From positions 20,004-84,003 of IMG/VR virus record IMGVR_UViG_3300038974_000542: a DNA stretch of 64,000 bases; one strand, 5' to 3'. The translations under genes were made by a program, and so were the position numbers. Numbering within the stretch: the first letter of the stretch is position 1; every line of letters begins with the position of its first letter. Of this stretch, positions 23,801 to 32,900 are shown in pieces. Under the pieces are notes generated by a model. It ran no database searches, was not told where the DNA came from, and worked only from the letters and a program-made list of their open reading frames with translations. The stretch is from a virus (taxonomy: Duplodnaviria; Caudoviricetes).

Positions 23801-26800
23801 GACCTAACAGTCCAAACAAAGAGAATGAAATTAGAAGCGAAATAGCTACTACTCAATTTCTTATTAATATATTGGAAGCTAAAGGTATTGATGAAAATTC
23901 AGAAGAAATAGAAGCTCTTAATTTAGAACTTAATACTCTTATAGGGAGTCTTAATGAAAATAAAGAAGAGATAACTCCTGAAAGAAGAAAAGAAATTCAG
24001 GGTGAAATCAAAAACCTGCATGATAAGTTTCTTGAGGAGAAGAAATATAAAATTGAAGAGTATCTCAATGCAAGGAAGTTTTTTGGGACCAAACTGGCAT
24101 CTATAGAGAATGAACTTATAAATCTTTATAAATCTGTATATTCCTCTACTGATAGTGAAATTCAGAGACTAATAACTACTACTATCAACACGGATATGGC
24201 TCAAGAGACAGCCAAAATGATAGATACTAAAATTAAATCATCTCAAAAGAAAGACAACTTTACTATATATGGGTACGAACATCAGAAATCTACTCTAAGA
24301 CTGGGGGCTTCTGGTAAACTTGGTATAGGGGTACACTCCAATTGGGTTGTATGGAATGGTCTTGTACAACAGTCTGAGAAAGAAATAGCTCTTATAGATG
24401 ATGGAGAACTATTCTCTATGAGAATAGGTAATTTCGTTTCTGATGGTAAACTTGGAAATATATATGCTCTAAGACCTAATTTAGAGAATGTCTCTGAAGA
24501 TTATAAAAAGAGATATGAAAGTTTTAAGCCAAGAAGAATTTCTGATATAAATATGGAAAATCAGAATTCTGCTACTGATAATCAGAAGTTACAAATTATG
24601 GGTAGAAGAAATGAGAACAAATATACTATTAATGTATTTGCTCTTATGAATAATCTTGGATTTGACAAGGATATTGTAGTTGTAAATGGTGAAGAAAGAG
24701 AAATACTTATTCCTTCTCTATTTATAAGTCAACCTATAATTAGAAGATATGTAGAACTTAAAGAACAATACTCTTCAACTTTTGCAGATTTTACAAGGGA
24801 TATTGAATCAGTAATTACTGAGCAATTAAGGGTTGAATTCGCAAATAATGTAGAATTTCCTGTAGATCCTCTTACAAAAGAATTAATACCTTTTCTTGAT
24901 ACAGAGACAATGTCTAAAGTTTCTAAGGAACTTACAGGACAACTCTTATATGATAGTCTTGTGACTCCTTATAGTCAGATAACTCAATGGGCTGTATATC
25001 AAAAATTTGTAGAATTACAAGGACATTCAAATAATGTCAATAAGGTAATACAACTTATGAATATTGATAAAGGTCTTGGTGTATCTTATTTTAATATTAT
25101 CTCTAAGAAAAATTCTCTGATAGATGAGATGAACTCTATAAATCTCAATATTAGTAATGTAGAATTTTTATTCGGAGAAACTCCTCCTGAGCCTATTTAT
25201 GACAATGAAGAATCTGCTGAAAAGATTAAGGAACTTTTGACACAAAATTATATTAAGATAGGTAAGGATGAAAATACAGGAGAAATCTTCTTAATGAAAC
25301 CAAACAGCCCTAATAGTGCTAAATTACTAAATTCTATTTCAATAGGGTACTATTTATGGGGGAATATTTTTCCTTTTGAAAATAAATACTTAAAAGGTCA
25401 AATAGATGAGATCATAGGTGACAGACCTGAGATAGAAAGTACTATGGAGTTGAGATACAATATACTTTCTGCTATGAGAGAGTATATGTACTCTTCAAAT
25501 ATGTTTAACTTATATGATGGTATTGCTGATATAAATCAAGAGAGGAGGAGACTCTTAATGGATGAAGAGGGTAATGAATCTCTTGCAAGTTATCTTATGA
25601 GATTAAAGAAATTGTCTACTACAGATGACACATTAAAAAATCTATTCAATAAGCATTTCTTTAGAAACTTAGAGTTTTCTATTAATAAGAAAGAACCTTC
25701 TATTATCAAATATAATGTAAATAGTAATAACTCTTTTAATAAAAATCTCCCACACTCAGAACTACTTCTGATGTCAGATTCCTTGATTGAACTTCCAGCT
25801 TATAATGGAGATGAAAACTACACTTATGAAAAGCTAGTTAAGGATCTTACCAAATATGCTATGCTTACAAATACAGAAAATGGAGCTATAGGATTTAGAA
25901 ACTATATTCCAATGGCTGTATTTCAGAAGTATAATTTTGATAGTCAATTACATTATCTTGCAGATTTAAATACTGATAGTGGGAAATATTTTAATATGAC
26001 CTATAATGGTACTTTAAGTACTATTACATCTTTCTTAGGAAATAATGTTATAATAGAAGATGAGTCAGGAACTTATATTGAAGTTCCAGAAAAATTCTTA
26101 TCTTCAAAGGAAATATTGGAGGAACTTATAGATAATGTAAATAGTAGCTTTGGATCTGAGAAGAAAGCTGTAGAACTTGACTCAAAGAGGGGTAGAGTAA
26201 TTATTAACAGACCCTTAAGTGAAGTTAATAAGAGAAGATTTATAAGACAATTTTATCAACATAATCCTGAGCAAGCTACTAAACTTAGCTATAAAGACTT
26301 AGGCATTAATAACAGAAATTTAATCAATAGTGTAAGTGAATTTGAATATACTTTCAAGGAGGAGATTCCTAACTATGTTTCAATAAAAGGAATTAATGGT
26401 GAAGTATTTCTATATGAACTTGTAGAGACAGATATTAATAAGAGTAGCAAATACAGAAGAATTAATAAGTTAGGTGGATTTGGTGTTAATGAGTATAATA
26501 CTAATAGTGATGTTAATATCTCTATGTTTGACTCCAATAATCCAAAAATATCTGAGTTAAAACCTGTAGGTAAGAAGAAAGGGACAATTGGAAGAAATGC
26601 TATCTTTAATCTCCCTACTACTCCTGAAGCTGCTATTACTATTAATGAAGTAATGACTATATTTGAGAACGCAGAACTTGACATAAACAATAAAGAAGTA
26701 ATAACACTTAGTGGATTACTTGCAGATATTCAGAAATTTATAGATCCAAATACTAAAGTATATAAAGGACAATTAGAGAGTGGTTCTCCAGGAGCTTATA

Positions 26801-29800
26801 ACTCTAAGACTAATACAATTATATTAGACACTACACAATTCTCAAAAGATAGAAGAGTTAATGATTTATACAGAGTATTTTCTGAAGAAGTTTTCCACTC
26901 CATTACAGCGAGAGAAGTAGATAAATATATAGTTGGTAATAATACTACTTTAGAGGTAGGTATTGACAGTGTTGAAGTAAAAGCAGATTATCTTACAGAA
27001 AATACCCCTGCTCATATTACAAAACTTGTGAGATTATATAAGACAGCAGCTGAAGCTTTAATTAAGGAAGAATCTCAGGAGAAAAATATCTCCTGGTCCC
27101 AAGCTTATGAAAATATCATTAAAAGGTATAAGGAAAATCCTACTAATACAGATGCTTATAGAATCTCTAATTTACATGAATTTATGGCGGGTATCTTTAC
27201 CGATGATACTTTTAGAAGCAAAATGTCTAAAATTCAATTTAAAGATACTAATACATCTATCCTACAACAATTTGCAGACTTTGTAAGAAGAACTCTTCAA
27301 TTTATTAGTGAAAGAATAGAAGGAAATATATCAGAGCAAACTTTGAGTACTGTATATGATTTTATATCTTCTATACATAATAATGTAGCCTCCTCTAAAG
27401 TTAAAACCACAAAAACTTTTGATGAAATGAGGAAGACAGATAATAAAGCTAAAGCTCTTGTTTCAGATCTTAAGAAGCCACTAACTTCAAGTTTATATAG
27501 TAAATTATATAAGTCTGATAGGATTAAGTCTTTATCCCCTACCAATATAGTTTCTATACTAAATAAGAATAATAGAGAGGTTATTGCTCCTGAAGGTATA
27601 ATAACTGCAACTATTATAAATTCTGAAAGACATTTTGGAAATCCTTTTACCCCAAATCAAAGTACAAAAGATAAAAATCCTGGGATGGTTAAAGTGAAAG
27701 ATACTCAGGAAGCGACTGAGAAATATATGAATTGGGTATTAAATGGAGGTCTTCCACAATTTGAAAACAGAAGACAGTGGATGCTTGAGCAATTTAAATC
27801 TGGAAACTTAAAAGGTAAACCAATACTTGTAAATCAAGGAAGTGAGGATATATCCTACAATAATGCTATTGATTACTTCATTAATGAACACCAATGGAAA
27901 CAAACTCAAAAACCCGTAGAAAAAATTCAAACTCAAACTAAATCTAATATTAAATTTGAAGAAGGAAATATTCTTGATTTATTCAAAGTGGAAACTCAGA
28001 ATGAAACTATAAACATTTATGCAGGTACTAATGAAAATGCTGAGTTAAGTAATTTCGCAATAAGACCTTTTACAGTTAATGTAGAAACACCTTCTGGTGA
28101 AAAACAATACACTTTTCAAAGTGTAGAACAAGGGTTTCATTTTTACAAAGCTTTAGTAGCTAATAATCCACAAGTAGCTAAACAAATATTAGCAACTACT
28201 AACGGAGGACAATTAAAAAGATTAACTAGAAGTAATCTTAAAATGACTCCTGAACAAGTTAAAGAGTGGGATGATACATCTAAAAGCATCATGTTAAATC
28301 TAATGTATGAATCCTATGCTCAAAATCCAAAAGCTGCTTCAAAATTGTTGGCTACTGGCAATGCTAAAATAACTCACACACAAGATAACACAAGATGGAA
28401 AACAGATTTCCCTGAAGTTGTTATGACTGTAAGAGATATGTTGAGAGAAGAAGGTTTTGGTAATAACAATACTACTAAATTTGAAGAAGATCAATCTACT
28501 GGCTATAAACAGAGAACAATTAAAAATGCTTCTGCTGATGCTACCATAGCTATTGCAGTTGATTTTAATAGTGCTGGAGAAATTCTTACTAAAAACTCTG
28601 TATTAAATCAAGGTAAAGTTTATATGCCTATAGATGGTAATAGACTTGAAGTTACAAAAGAAAGAGTAGATAAAATTGTTAATGCTCTTAACTCTATAGG
28701 TAAAGATGAAATATCTCTTAATATAGCTGGTAATGGGATATATACTATGAGAGATAAATATACTCAAGAGCAAGTTGATAAATTTACCTATGATTTACTT
28801 AAGGCTATTGTTGAGTCTTCTGATTTAAAAGTGAAAATTTCATCTATAAGAACTGGTGGACAAACAGGATTTGATGAGGCTGGTGCTAAAGCTGGTATAA
28901 AATTAGGAATACCTGTTACTGTCTTAGCTCCCAAAGGTTGGAAATTTAGAGATATAAATGGAAAAGATATTTCAAATGAAAAACTTTTCAAAGAAAGATT
29001 TAATAATGAGAACCAAAATGTTAAAGAACAGGGGAATGAAATAAAATCTACAGAAAAAAATGAAGATCCTAACAGAAATATTACAGGAAAGTCTAAATTT
29101 AACTTTGCTCCAAAAGAAATTAAAAAAGAAGTTTTAGAACTGTTTGATTCCAATCCTAAGTTGGCTAATCAAGTATATAAAAAGTTTTTAGGGATTGACC
29201 ATGATTTTTCAATGGATTCATTTATGCCTAAAAAACATTGGAAAATAGGACATATTATAGACAACCCGACGGAAGCTGCAAATATATGTGATAATACTCA
29301 AATAAAAGTATTAAATTATATTTTAAATAAATATGGCAAACCTTCAGAGAGAGGAACGTTTTATGCAAATCCTGTAACTATTTGGACAAAATCACCTATA
29401 AATGATAAACAAATTTTTCATCATACAGTTGCTGTAAGATTAGAAGATGGTGTTTATTTATATGATATGCCACAATCTGAATTTATAGAATACATTTCAG
29501 AAAATGTAGGTAGAGTAATAAAAGAGTACTCTCCAAGATTAATAAAATATACACCTGAAAATTTAAAAAAATATTATGGAACTTCTGAAGAAAATCTACA
29601 TAAACAAGACTCTGTTATATTAACAGATGATTTAAAAATTATTCCTATTCAGGTAACTCCACAGCAAAAACAACAAGCAGTACAAAGTTATTCTGAATAT
29701 GTAGAACAAACAGGTAAGCGAGATATTGAAGGATTTAGACAGTTTGTAGATAAAACAATTCAAAAAAATCAAATAGAAAATAAAAAAGACATAGGTAAAG

Positions 29801-29895
29801 AAAATAATTATGTATCTGCTCCAAGAGAAATAAACTTAGATTTTAGTATCTTTACAGAATTAAAAGATGATATTTTTTCAAATTGTAGAAATTAA
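14845..29895 (+). CDS. Giant virion-associated DNA-dependent RNA polymerase with polyvalent C-terminal domains
   Basis: 5016 aa; two-barrel catalytic DYDID at 23623-23637 preceded by FRIPSS; C-terminal zincin-like, DUF4326-like, NADAR, SLOG and papain-like motifs. Confidence 0.85.
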   Translation: MIEKDGLKNYLQSLKSSEDNYKALERSKDVQDFIQQTDEATLETLGMPVKTGDMSKRYAKYSNIISPFIPQSEMEKQADILQGTGESWRNAVIGFGANTAAGFLDALGATVSPDKISNMFLGNTEKDFTNSLSRTANSIREWSNENIPIYNGNESMWTSAYWANQFSQLGTTAGIIGEGFVEQGVLALTTGGFGNVVGAGATATKVAKLLNRVKALNTANKVNRAGNYTFGMYQGVKEAYINGLENLNNVYQNYLQKGYSDEEARRVASEAASRSFKYEIGPVMFLNALQWGSIGSRYNPYSRKAVGGGISGFTESVFTKLAPKTTSKGVKKATDWAGNILSEGVEEGFQTAVQGISQYQADKERNLTKGTPLSDYIFTKELRDSVIGGMIGGGMFKALGSVRRGIIDGKDRKADERFIETFIDTTAERTKENLKKLDAAVKSGDTKAAEAIKKQMGFDNIEAALLFDYMKNDEKMTAYNAQVDQLKEISRIIKEGDIRGLELLELRNEKDENGENTFAYLRDNIDRMISDAELQKENHIKNLQLQMDLTGVENYDLAERTTRLQMMQNENNRTLEKRKESLDSLFNIERNATNNEDILEYKKLQSLVTAYNSTTTKFSNPEIQKEVTEAKERIETLERDNPSFMFDEKEYENKQLIDVQSDILKIREANFEINKDIKQLTTNQGINEYRRDQIRQSILDYDQINSTTKLNSIKETLQKDEEINKYFSKKEIEKISKGIDNRISKLQSIEKAQAAEKLRKNNEVIKTKTKPIITPEGKLNTEVVTDDKIQKEVQINIDKIDKIRNNTSVGIVEDARSLIENSKDIPEDSFVLFQEQEENIFFEAPREFNDRNSIVRGNMKKGATNFLKRNKDATLKDYITAFINTPGVEVGDVEALYYYIADGYYEAKDQRYSDNREEVEEVYRDIFEPFNALQLIQDNINLVPETKPTPSEQVEIEKKIDTTIVEKQIEKAQPVKVDKNGRNIYYIGPKIAVPAIKVPFPGNPYNVVYNKTKSGSTEVLFIRDKEAETKEVLSGAAGLEATKRAFMMNPFLAKAGVPIQVYIPPLQELLDDSKGFIVSTWTRKGKDGPLEKGTESFSIWYNREKEKFEKENPGKEFIGSDKFLEKVPIFSYVEINGERVQIGSAIHETAWWNELNVADFRNSEDLKAALNSPNEEEREIANLTAKSRQQAVINEGREQTLEVRRIIWNNTNKEDWNDGIGTLVKMKIKEVTDGFSLKIDPKEPKRKIREANNDLRLGIILVDSNKSISVAYDSKNGKERYIPQKYIYNPSVLSGDYVGYAVSLIPYAIHEDGKPMYLVQLVDTGYTNAQETLKYLYDTRGKIRQLNQDYQTARARNNIPAMQKLEKQLKDIMTVAGFSEEKINTYFKLEDKDARYKILRDNLLRFYPKETEQGNLKTSFEKDNISGDIANIVVFDEQGNPKVYKPNPESQESSYVQMLKETIYTQNDYIEIRDLRKEDPNATIKIANAQPRVHLVFDEEVTTEKLEFKRKELEQRQQEEAEEKKEENLVATSEEIIQDSPKFELTPERKYTIVNHLFNKILQSFKEDKTSRKNIAIETRRAIETHLSDLKETNPDLYNGILENKGEILGLGEYRDKSLTVREALLNHFNMETLEEMDDVDLDTESVLEKDHSKIAQEYDVKTSLSSKIKRVFSGIPVNDKNRRGEYIEGITEYMELDDVFSALQDLLSDVPNDFTVLKERVRERIKLNPEEFEFLSYIQDILENIDPQLQHEVLFRLNQTKNRMYFIYSKENKGNYVLQVLDANSRHPFIFTKNTILEQFKNSDIVENLGNGEYSLNKERAQEFINIANLISKSGNIGYETIRNFFATVGIYVEESTLEAMDKNDPGAFRNIVKNLTEQLKKNVIALKDYTKPLNFDEKVENVVLRENNNYLNNFIGEIIKFTFNVDQSMYVGGKIINSFSQPNFFTEQLRKISSLKGSDLSQNNKHLINKLLNNGYTKNNLLVKLITQVDEEFEELLKESKEILEELSVGYTSLEVLKRKGFRSKDQQITELSPSDYDTALIGYFGNMDKKLSATEKGIPLRMSYMTSPTLSDSSQMFLMKTVVLDLNRSHFKISNSNIDSYNNTVAEILYEQLVLPELTRMIEVKGTERDTVENQLFYGVPALNSITTADGKNILYYIRENDFDTEEMLSKIKENFGEAINNIIRNVVKNEVEEKLKIDSDGNFSGNWVKNGFIYKEKDKVKVEVLDTKYLNSKNPDGTPLSKVETAAWEYAINYLVTQAQMQALFAGDPANYSKAKSSFFENKDVAVPKTENNTAEEKLKVYIGIAEETSINLSKRLKALISPGNRIAYSASKQYIQLMLQDSSSISDAYKEYLKVWYGNIPSNDMSMVDRAIELSEKKRDFEGKLNPTEVEKKEYLADLIELSDIKKDLSKKYPEVSGYLENIATDAQEYTTWKEHLEVAYNMGKISEEEYNNLNRKLTEQSKGNIEGNRLSSEEKFIFQPMKPLHSGMYFRGMNNGKTYQEFVYVKTSSFPLIPEMTKDLKIDNLRKNMERLEETKGLTVRAAYESGIKVGKTKTLANTNQLLDNDNVIISDSFSILDRENFSIQQEKPFKTDKHLANNERDEIGRGTQMEKILLSNGINKISRKIFPNIFGKELLSRLNITPENDKISGEDLYKIYTDLSITEQNLKKDFFLKSLDVNENDYQIGSVSSMEKLQAALNKRLTNRQDKEILELKYFVKDEEGNGKYYTKDEIEAFNLKPVSAEFTFPIWLSPNSRKFESVLNSMITNEFIKLKFPGNSSPVASAEGFVSVKTIEELSQEDVNGIVFTDSYNGKGLLPERVEYGIVKPAQVLVASKFRVKRKVNGEYIEEIIDFNTPEYINPETKRIDNSKLPPEVRQLFSFRIPSSAHQSGSLIEIVGFLPHHMGDLMIVPKEHTTKIGEDYDIDVRYSYSGNYVVNEDGSIRFLSEKDVPVYPKEELDRIYNEYRDYKVSLIEYIKKNRPNSPNKENEIRSEIATTQFLINILEAKGIDENSEEIEALNLELNTLIGSLNENKEEITPERRKEIQGEIKNLHDKFLEEKKYKIEEYLNARKFFGTKLASIENELINLYKSVYSSTDSEIQRLITTTINTDMAQETAKMIDTKIKSSQKKDNFTIYGYEHQKSTLRLGASGKLGIGVHSNWVVWNGLVQQSEKEIALIDDGELFSMRIGNFVSDGKLGNIYALRPNLENVSEDYKKRYESFKPRRISDINMENQNSATDNQKLQIMGRRNENKYTINVFALMNNLGFDKDIVVVNGEEREILIPSLFISQPIIRRYVELKEQYSSTFADFTRDIESVITEQLRVEFANNVEFPVDPLTKELIPFLDTETMSKVSKELTGQLLYDSLVTPYSQITQWAVYQKFVELQGHSNNVNKVIQLMNIDKGLGVSYFNIISKKNSLIDEMNSINLNISNVEFLFGETPPEPIYDNEESAEKIKELLTQNYIKIGKDENTGEIFLMKPNSPNSAKLLNSISIGYYLWGNIFPFENKYLKGQIDEIIGDRPEIESTMELRYNILSAMREYMYSSNMFNLYDGIADINQERRRLLMDEEGNESLASYLMRLKKLSTTDDTLKNLFNKHFFRNLEFSINKKEPSIIKYNVNSNNSFNKNLPHSELLLMSDSLIELPAYNGDENYTYEKLVKDLTKYAMLTNTENGAIGFRNYIPMAVFQKYNFDSQLHYLADLNTDSGKYFNMTYNGTLSTITSFLGNNVIIEDESGTYIEVPEKFLSSKEILEELIDNVNSSFGSEKKAVELDSKRGRVIINRPLSEVNKRRFIRQFYQHNPEQATKLSYKDLGINNRNLINSVSEFEYTFKEEIPNYVSIKGINGEVFLYELVETDINKSSKYRRINKLGGFGVNEYNTNSDVNISMFDSNNPKISELKPVGKKKGTIGRNAIFNLPTTPEAAITINEVMTIFENAELDINNKEVITLSGLLADIQKFIDPNTKVYKGQLESGSPGAYNSKTNTIILDTTQFSKDRRVNDLYRVFSEEVFHSITAREVDKYIVGNNTTLEVGIDSVEVKADYLTENTPAHITKLVRLYKTAAEALIKEESQEKNISWSQAYENIIKRYKENPTNTDAYRISNLHEFMAGIFTDDTFRSKMSKIQFKDTNTSILQQFADFVRRTLQFISERIEGNISEQTLSTVYDFISSIHNNVASSKVKTTKTFDEMRKTDNKAKALVSDLKKPLTSSLYSKLYKSDRIKSLSPTNIVSILNKNNREVIAPEGIITATIINSERHFGNPFTPNQSTKDKNPGMVKVKDTQEATEKYMNWVLNGGLPQFENRRQWMLEQFKSGNLKGKPILVNQGSEDISYNNAIDYFINEHQWKQTQKPVEKIQTQTKSNIKFEEGNILDLFKVETQNETINIYAGTNENAELSNFAIRPFTVNVETPSGEKQYTFQSVEQGFHFYKALVANNPQVAKQILATTNGGQLKRLTRSNLKMTPEQVKEWDDTSKSIMLNLMYESYAQNPKAASKLLATGNAKITHTQDNTRWKTDFPEVVMTVRDMLREEGFGNNNTTKFEEDQSTGYKQRTIKNASADATIAIAVDFNSAGEILTKNSVLNQGKVYMPIDGNRLEVTKERVDKIVNALNSIGKDEISLNIAGNGIYTMRDKYTQEQVDKFTYDLLKAIVESSDLKVKISSIRTGGQTGFDEAGAKAGIKLGIPVTVLAPKGWKFRDINGKDISNEKLFKERFNNENQNVKEQGNEIKSTEKNEDPNRNITGKSKFNFAPKEIKKEVLELFDSNPKLANQVYKKFLGIDHDFSMDSFMPKKHWKIGHIIDNPTEAANICDNTQIKVLNYILNKYGKPSERGTFYANPVTIWTKSPINDKQIFHHTVAVRLEDGVYLYDMPQSEFIEYISENVGRVIKEYSPRLIKYTPENLKKYYGTSEENLHKQDSVILTDDLKIIPIQVTPQQKQQAVQSYSEYVEQTGKRDIEGFRQFVDKTIQKNQIENKKDIGKENNYVSAPREINLDFSIFTELKDDIFSNCRN

Positions 29896-29906
29896 ATATA
29901 AATAAT

Positions 29907-32900
29907 ATGGCTTGTAATGTAGTTGAATTAGCCACAGTAAATTTTTTAGAAAAAGAAGGTTACATAAGATGGCATGAAGTAGATGGTTATCCTGGAGAAT
30001 ACAGAATACCGAAGAATAAAGTAGAGAAGACAAGAAAAGCTATTAAGGAATTGACTATAGCTGCAAGAAAATATGGGGTAACTAATCCTTCTCAAATGTT
30101 TCATATAGTAGAAAAGCCTTATAATTTAACTCCTGGGACTTCAGAAAGAGTAGATAATATGATTGCTAAAGGAATTACTTCCTACTATGTATTAGAGGAA
30201 GATATACCTTTTGTTACAGAGTTTCAAGAGAAGTTTGATAGATTTCAAGAAGAGAGAAAAGTAGTACAAAGTAAGATTGATTTTGATGCTCCATTAAAAG
30301 ATAAAATTAAGATAATGTTCAGTAATAATCCAGAGTTTTTTGACATAGGAAGTCAAGAAGATTATTTAGAGTATCTTAAAGCAACCAATAAAGGAGATGT
30401 AGTAAATGAGAATGATTTTGAGGACTTTCAGAAATTTGTTGAGAATAGAAATAGAGAAATTCAATCTGAGGAAGATTTTAGAAGATACACTATGAATGCT
30501 CCTGGTTCTTATACTAATACAAGAACAGGAGAAACTGTAGATACTACAAATCTTGCTGCTAATTCTGCTTATGTAAATTCTAAGAGACAATTATTAGAAA
30601 ATCTAAAGACCCATTTAGAGGATTACTATAAACTTAATAAAGGAAAAGAACATACAGAACTTTATAAAAAAAGGGTCAAGGAATTAAATGAGGTAATTAA
30701 TGAAGTATCTGATGAACTTAGTTTACTTACAGCTACAGATGCCAAGACAATATTCAGAAGTGTTATTAATGAAATAGAAATACTTTCAGAGATATTGGAT
30801 AATCCTGATACTTTTAATGCAGAAAATTTTGAGCTTATTCAAAGATTAAATATACTATCTAATTTAATTCTAGGTCAGAATATTGATGGAACATCTATTA
30901 TAGGTGATAGAATAATGTTTAATGGAGAAGGTATTGAAGGTTTTAATGACTATGTTGTTGAACCTATGACTAAACTTAAACTTAAATATGATGACTATCT
31001 ATATAATGTAGCTGAGAATGCTTTCCTTAATAATCCTATCTTCATAGAAAACAGAGATAAGTTTACAGATGAACAAATACAAGAGATGTTGAAAAGTATT
31101 AGAGAAAAAGGCAATGATATAAATTTTTTTCAGGCCTACTTTTTAGGAGTAAATTCTAATGCTGATTCTATATTGTTTAAAACTGTAAATGATTTATTAC
31201 AGACTAATGTAAGAAAAGTAGAACAGTCTATAGGTAAAAAAGAGAGAGCTCTTTCAGAAGTTCAGGAAAGACTTAGAAAAAAGAAGTTTGATATTGATAA
31301 ATTCTATGCTAAAGATGAGAATGGTATTAAAACAGGAAGATTAATCTCTAAGTATACAGCTAAATGGTTTAGAAGTATAAATGTTCTTCAGAACTTAAAA
31401 AAGGAATTTGATTCTGCACATAATCAACTAAAACCACAAAAATATAAAGAGATTGTATCTTGGTATGACAACAATGTTTCTTTTATAGATATAAGAAAAC
31501 TAAAAGTCTTTAAAGATAGGTATTCAGAAGGATATGGGAAATACTTTAAGTTCTCTGATGAAGAGATGACCCAATATGAAAAATGGTTGAGAGAAGAGTT
31601 AGGAAAAGGTTATGATGAAGCTATAGAAGCTCAGATGGAGAACATAGAAAGATTTATATCTTATAGTCTCTCTGAGAGTGATAAAAATACTATTTGGACT
31701 CAAAAAAATATTTCTGCTGCAAGCCCTTTCAAATTTTTGGAAAATTATGATAGCAAGAATAAAAGAAATGCTATACCTACTGTTGTAGGAAGCCAGACTA
31801 CAAGTGTTTTTAATATAGGTAAATATAATCACTTTATTCCAAAGAGATATATTGTGGATAAAACTACAGAGGACCTAATAGATAATGAATATTATGACAA
31901 GATCTTCGAAAAAGATATTGAGTCTGACCCTGATGCTTATGAAGCTCAAAGATTACTTCAAGATCTACTCTCAAATCATATTAATCCAGCTTACAGCCTT
32001 AATGGTAATGTTATATCTTCTCTTCAAATTCCTATGTTAAGAAAAGAGTTTAGTGAAACTTGGGCAGAATCTAAAAGGAAAGGTATTTTATCATTGATAA
32101 AAGCAATGGTACATAATGTTATAAATAACTGGAAGGATATTTGGTTTGATCAAACTTATAGTTCTGATAGGAAAGGTGTTGTAGCTAATTACTCTAATGC
32201 AGCTCTAAGAGAAATAAATAACTATAAAAGAGTACTTCAATTAAAATCTTTAGAAGACCTTCTAAAAAAAGCAGATGAATTGGGTCTTCATTTTAAATCA
32301 AATGAAACTAAGGATAGAATAATAGATGGAATTGCAAGAGCTGAAGTGTTACCAGAATTCTCTAATGACATATTTCAAAATGTACTTACAGTATCCTCTT
32401 ATGCTACCTTACACAGGGCAAGACAAGACACTTCTTTTATTGCAGAATTATTATATAAGGTACATATTAAGCCAAACTTAGATGGTAAAGTAAGGGAGTT
32501 ATCCAGTAAGAAATTTAGAGCTTGGATAGACACCAATGTATATGGAAAAAGAAATGAAAAATCTCAAGAAAATAACGTAATTACTAAAGCAAACTTGAAA
32601 AGACTCTCTGATGCCGATAAAAAATTAAAGAAGGTTCTTCAAGAAATTAATGCTGATAATCTTGGAGAGGATGTTGTTTTTTATTTGGATGGTATCAGAT
32701 ATACTTCCAGATTAGATGATAATAATAACAGAGAATTTGTAGCTATTAAAGAGAATGAATCTGAAGAGGGTTCTGAATATAAAATTATAAGTTCTGAAGA
32801 ATTTGAGGAGAAGCTTGATACTTATCTAAAAAATCAAATAGATAATTTGGGGATATCTATGACTTTTAGTAGTTTAGTTAGTGGAGTTCTACATAATCTT

